DNA from: Octopus sinensis
Lineage: Eukaryota
Assembly (NCBI RefSeq): GCF_006345805.1
Contig: NW_021826634.1
Location: 1-12,335 of the forward strand
Direction: 5' to 3'
Length of the DNA stretch: 12,335 nt
Numbering within the stretch: the stretch's first letter is position 1; each line of letters begins with the position of its first letter. The notes beneath the pieces were generated by a model. That model was not told where the DNA came from, did not search any database, and saw only the letters and a list, made by a program, of their open reading frames with translations. Shown one piece after another: positions 8,098 to 12,335 of this stretch. The translations under genes and the position numbers were made by a program.

Positions 8098-8309
8098 TAA
8101 ATTTGATTTTACCTTCGAATTTTTTAATCCAAAGAGTTCTTGCTTTTAAACATGCTATTTATATTTTTATTTGCTCTGAGATCTACCGTTGCAGAAGAGA
8201 ATTATCTCACGTTCTCTCAACGTTTATGAATTGTTCTGGTGTGTACATACAATTCCCGCTGATAAGAAAAAAGTTTCTAAAGTGGAGAAAGTTATTCGAG
8301 CGATTGTTT

Positions 8310-8365
8310 TGGTCGAATGATAGAATACTAGTCATGTTTAGATGAGATGTGGGTTCGCACCCCAC
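8310..8365 (+). mobile_element. Isolated degenerate tRNA-like head (old SINE or tRNA pseudogene fragment)
   Basis: A-box-like TGGTCGAATGA at 8310 and a perfect T-arm GTGGG-TTCGCAC-CCCAC (8349-8365). No convincing acceptor or anticodon stem. Confidence 0.45.
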
Positions 8366-8911
8366 CGAGTTTGGATTTTCTATCCAAAAGTGTTCTTTAT
8401 CCAATATTTACACCCTACTATTGATAGTTTTATCTGCTTCGAGATCCATCATTCCAATATAGAACTAAACATATTCTTCAAATTAATTATCACTTAACTG
8501 AAATCATTTCCTTCTCTCTTTCGTAAAATTGCTCACGAAGGCTGCTACACCTCTGCTTTCTTTCTTTCTTCATTTTAGCGGGAAACTTCACTAATGGAGA
8601 TGCTCCAACATGGCCCCAGCCTTTAAGATAGACCACAGAAAGGAATAAAGGAATTCTTCAAGAATATTGTTCGCATATTCTATTCAGTGCATCCATACAT
8701 ATATTTGTCTGTCACTCTGTTTATCTAACCCAAACAAATTCCAGCATTTTTATTGCACACACACCTTACGATTTCTCATCTGCCCTTAATTCTCCATGCC
8801 ACCCCACCTCTAAACATCAACAACGTCATCATAGTCAACACCATCGCCCCTATCACCGACTCCGTCACCGCTGCCACCGCATCCACCACCACCACAATCA
8901 CACCACGAGGT

Positions 8912-9120
8912 CTAGGTGGTTCCTTGAATTTGCTAGAAATAGCAGCCAAGTTGACTCAAACCATATCCAACTATTTGATTTTTGTTTTCTTTTAAAGACA
9001 CGTTGAGCAATGTGGTTCTAGATATACAAACAGATGTGACGGTCACGGTTGTCACCTTTAGTCATAGACCTACCTGACCAATGTTGACCTCTGCCGTATA
9101 TAAACAAGAGCAAGAACAAC
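8912..9120 (+). mobile_element. Probable diverged retroposon 3' fragment ending in an AAC-rich tail
   Basis: TTGCTAGAAATAGCAGCCAA and GACGGTCACGG..CTTTAGTCATAG..GACCT resemble an octopus interspersed repeat recalled from memory; ends in ACAAGAGCAAGAACAAC. Not verified. Confidence 0.3.
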
Positions 9121-9142
9121 ATAACCACCTGTAAGCAACCCC

Positions 9143-9671
9143 ATGAACATCAATGTCACCACCAGCACCTCCACCACCACCGCCACCTCCACCACCACCG
9201 CCACCTCCACCACCACCACCACCACCACCACCACCACCACCACCATTACCAACTCCACTACTAAAACCACCACAATCACCACCACCGTCATTATCACCAC
9301 CACTACAACCACTACCATCACTCCCACTATCACCACTACCACTACCTCCACTGCTATTTCCACCAGTACTACCACTACCTCCACCACCACCACCTCCACC
9401 ACCTCCCCATCCACCTCCACCTCTGCATTCACCACCACCACCTCTGCATCCACCACCGCCATCACCACCACAACCACCACGACGGCCTGTGCAAGAACCA
9501 CCACCTTCAACCATATCAATAACACTAACACCTATACCACTTCCACATCAAGCAAAAACAGCTACCACCTCTACTCTACCACCAACACCAGATTCACACA
9601 CACGACTATTATCACACCACTACTACTACTACTACTAACTACTACTACTACTACTACTACTACTGCTACTG

Positions 9672-9702
<31 letters not shown>

Positions 9703-9750
9703 CACATTAACTATGTTTACTGTCTGCAACAACCGCTTCCACCACCACCA
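9143..9750. repeat. Degenerate (CAC)n followed by (CTA)n trinucleotide repeats
   Basis: Direct reading. The poly-Thr/Pro/Gly/Val ORFs are repeat translations. Confidence 0.95.
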
Positions 9751-9769
9751 CCTCAATTCCCTATATACT

Positions 9770-11522
<1,753 letters not shown>

Positions 11523-11530
11523 CTATGCAA

Positions 11531-11562
11531 ACCACCACCACCACCACCACCACCACCACCAC
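11531..11562. repeat. (CAC)n microsatellite
   Basis: Direct reading. Confidence 0.95.
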
Positions 11563-11602
11563 ACACAGGAATCAAGTGACGCCGTCGCACTGTTCTTCAC
11601 AG

Positions 11603-11660
11603 GAATTTCACAAGAATCTTACACAGACTCTCTTGTGTTATTCTGCTTAGCGTTGGTCGA
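11603..11660 (+). CDS. Candidate 58-nt internal exon (alternative acceptor at 11568 gives 92 nt); host gene unknown
   Basis: Unique island. Acceptor CTGTTCTTCACAG ends at 11602 and donor CGA|GTGAGT starts at 11661. Open frames: [19 protein letters not shown] or [18 protein letters not shown]. Confidence 0.3.
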
Positions 11661-11849
11661 GTGAGTGGCGGAAGGGGTGGCGAGGAAGGCGGTTGAGGTG
11701 GCGAGTAGCGATGGATGATGGGACGATGGGATAATGTGTGTGCGTGTGTATGTGTGTACATGGGTATATGTGTGCGTGTGTGAAAGAGAGAGAGGTGGGG
11801 AAGAGAGAGAGAAATGTTTGTAAGTTTGAGGTGGAGACATGAAACGTGA

Positions 11850-11984
11850 GGGTGGAGGGAGGGCGTGCGGGAGCGGGCGGGCGGGCGGGCTGCAATGATG
11901 ATTTTGGCTGGCTGGCTGGTTGGTTGGTTAGATGGTTGGTGACGGGGAGCCGGGTGACGAGGGTGGGGGTAGGATGGGGTAGGG
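11850..11984 (+). other. G-rich tracts with two G-quadruplex-forming motifs (11850-11889, 11944-11984)
   Basis: GGGAGGGCGTGCGGGAGCGGGCGGGCGGGCGGG and GGGG..GGG..GGGTGGGGGTAGGATGGGGTAGGG; each has four or more G3 runs with short loops. Confidence 0.7.
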
Positions 11985-12051
11985 TGCTGCTTTCAGAAGA
12001 AGGTAGCTCTTTCGCTTGTGTTTATTCTTTTGGCTTCTAGTTTTCTACGCA

Positions 12052-12335
12052 TGTCATCATCACCCCTATCATCTTCATCATCATCATCATCAACATCGTC
12101 ATCATCGTCATCATCATTGTCATCATCATGATCATCATCGTCATCATGATCATCGTCGTCATCATTATCATCACCATCGTCGTCGTCATCATCATCATCA
12201 TCATCAACATCGTCATCATCGTCATCATCATCATTGTCATCATCATCATCATCATCAACATCGTCATCATCGTCATCATCATCACTGTCATCATCATGAT
12301 CATCATCGTCGTCATCATCGTCATCATCATCGTCA
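12052..12335. repeat. Degenerate (CAT/CGT)n trinucleotide repeat running off the window end
   Basis: Direct reading. The poly-Met ORF on the minus strand is a repeat translation. Confidence 0.95.

Noticed and set aside
8563-8660. Strong acceptor-like CTTTCTTTCTTTCTTCATTTTAG
   Set aside because: No good downstream donor found, and the following sequence (GCTCCAACATGGCC) looks like a decayed SINE tail.
11997-12002. Possible 6-nt microexon TTTCAG|AAGAAG|GTAGCT
   Set aside because: Weak donor and short pyrimidine tract; unsupported without RNA data.

Overview
Eukaryotic, repeat-dominated non-coding DNA, most likely a large intron or intergenic stretch of an octopus/coleoid cephalopod genome. 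The organism is inferred from SINE families I recognise from memory and from the very dense compound microsatellites; no database search was run. More than half of the window is simple repeat, and almost all ORFs in the supplied track are translations of microsatellites, not genes. Supported features: (1) a full-length, inactivated mariner (2530-3807, minus strand, 27-bp TIRs, TA target-site duplications, Hsmar1/cecropia-like transposase pseudogene); (2) several tRNA-derived SINE copies from three families, three of them packed into 4012-5145; (3) between about 6450 and 8100, three fold-back elements that each carry a degenerate minimal hammerhead-ribozyme motif with a palindromic stem III, as in Penelope-like elements and retrozymes, plus a weaker fourth motif; (4) three short unique islands with good splice signals on the + strand that can be joined into one open frame (speculative host-gene exons). 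The hammerhead/fold-back cluster is the most interesting observation. All copies look mutated and are probably inactive relics.
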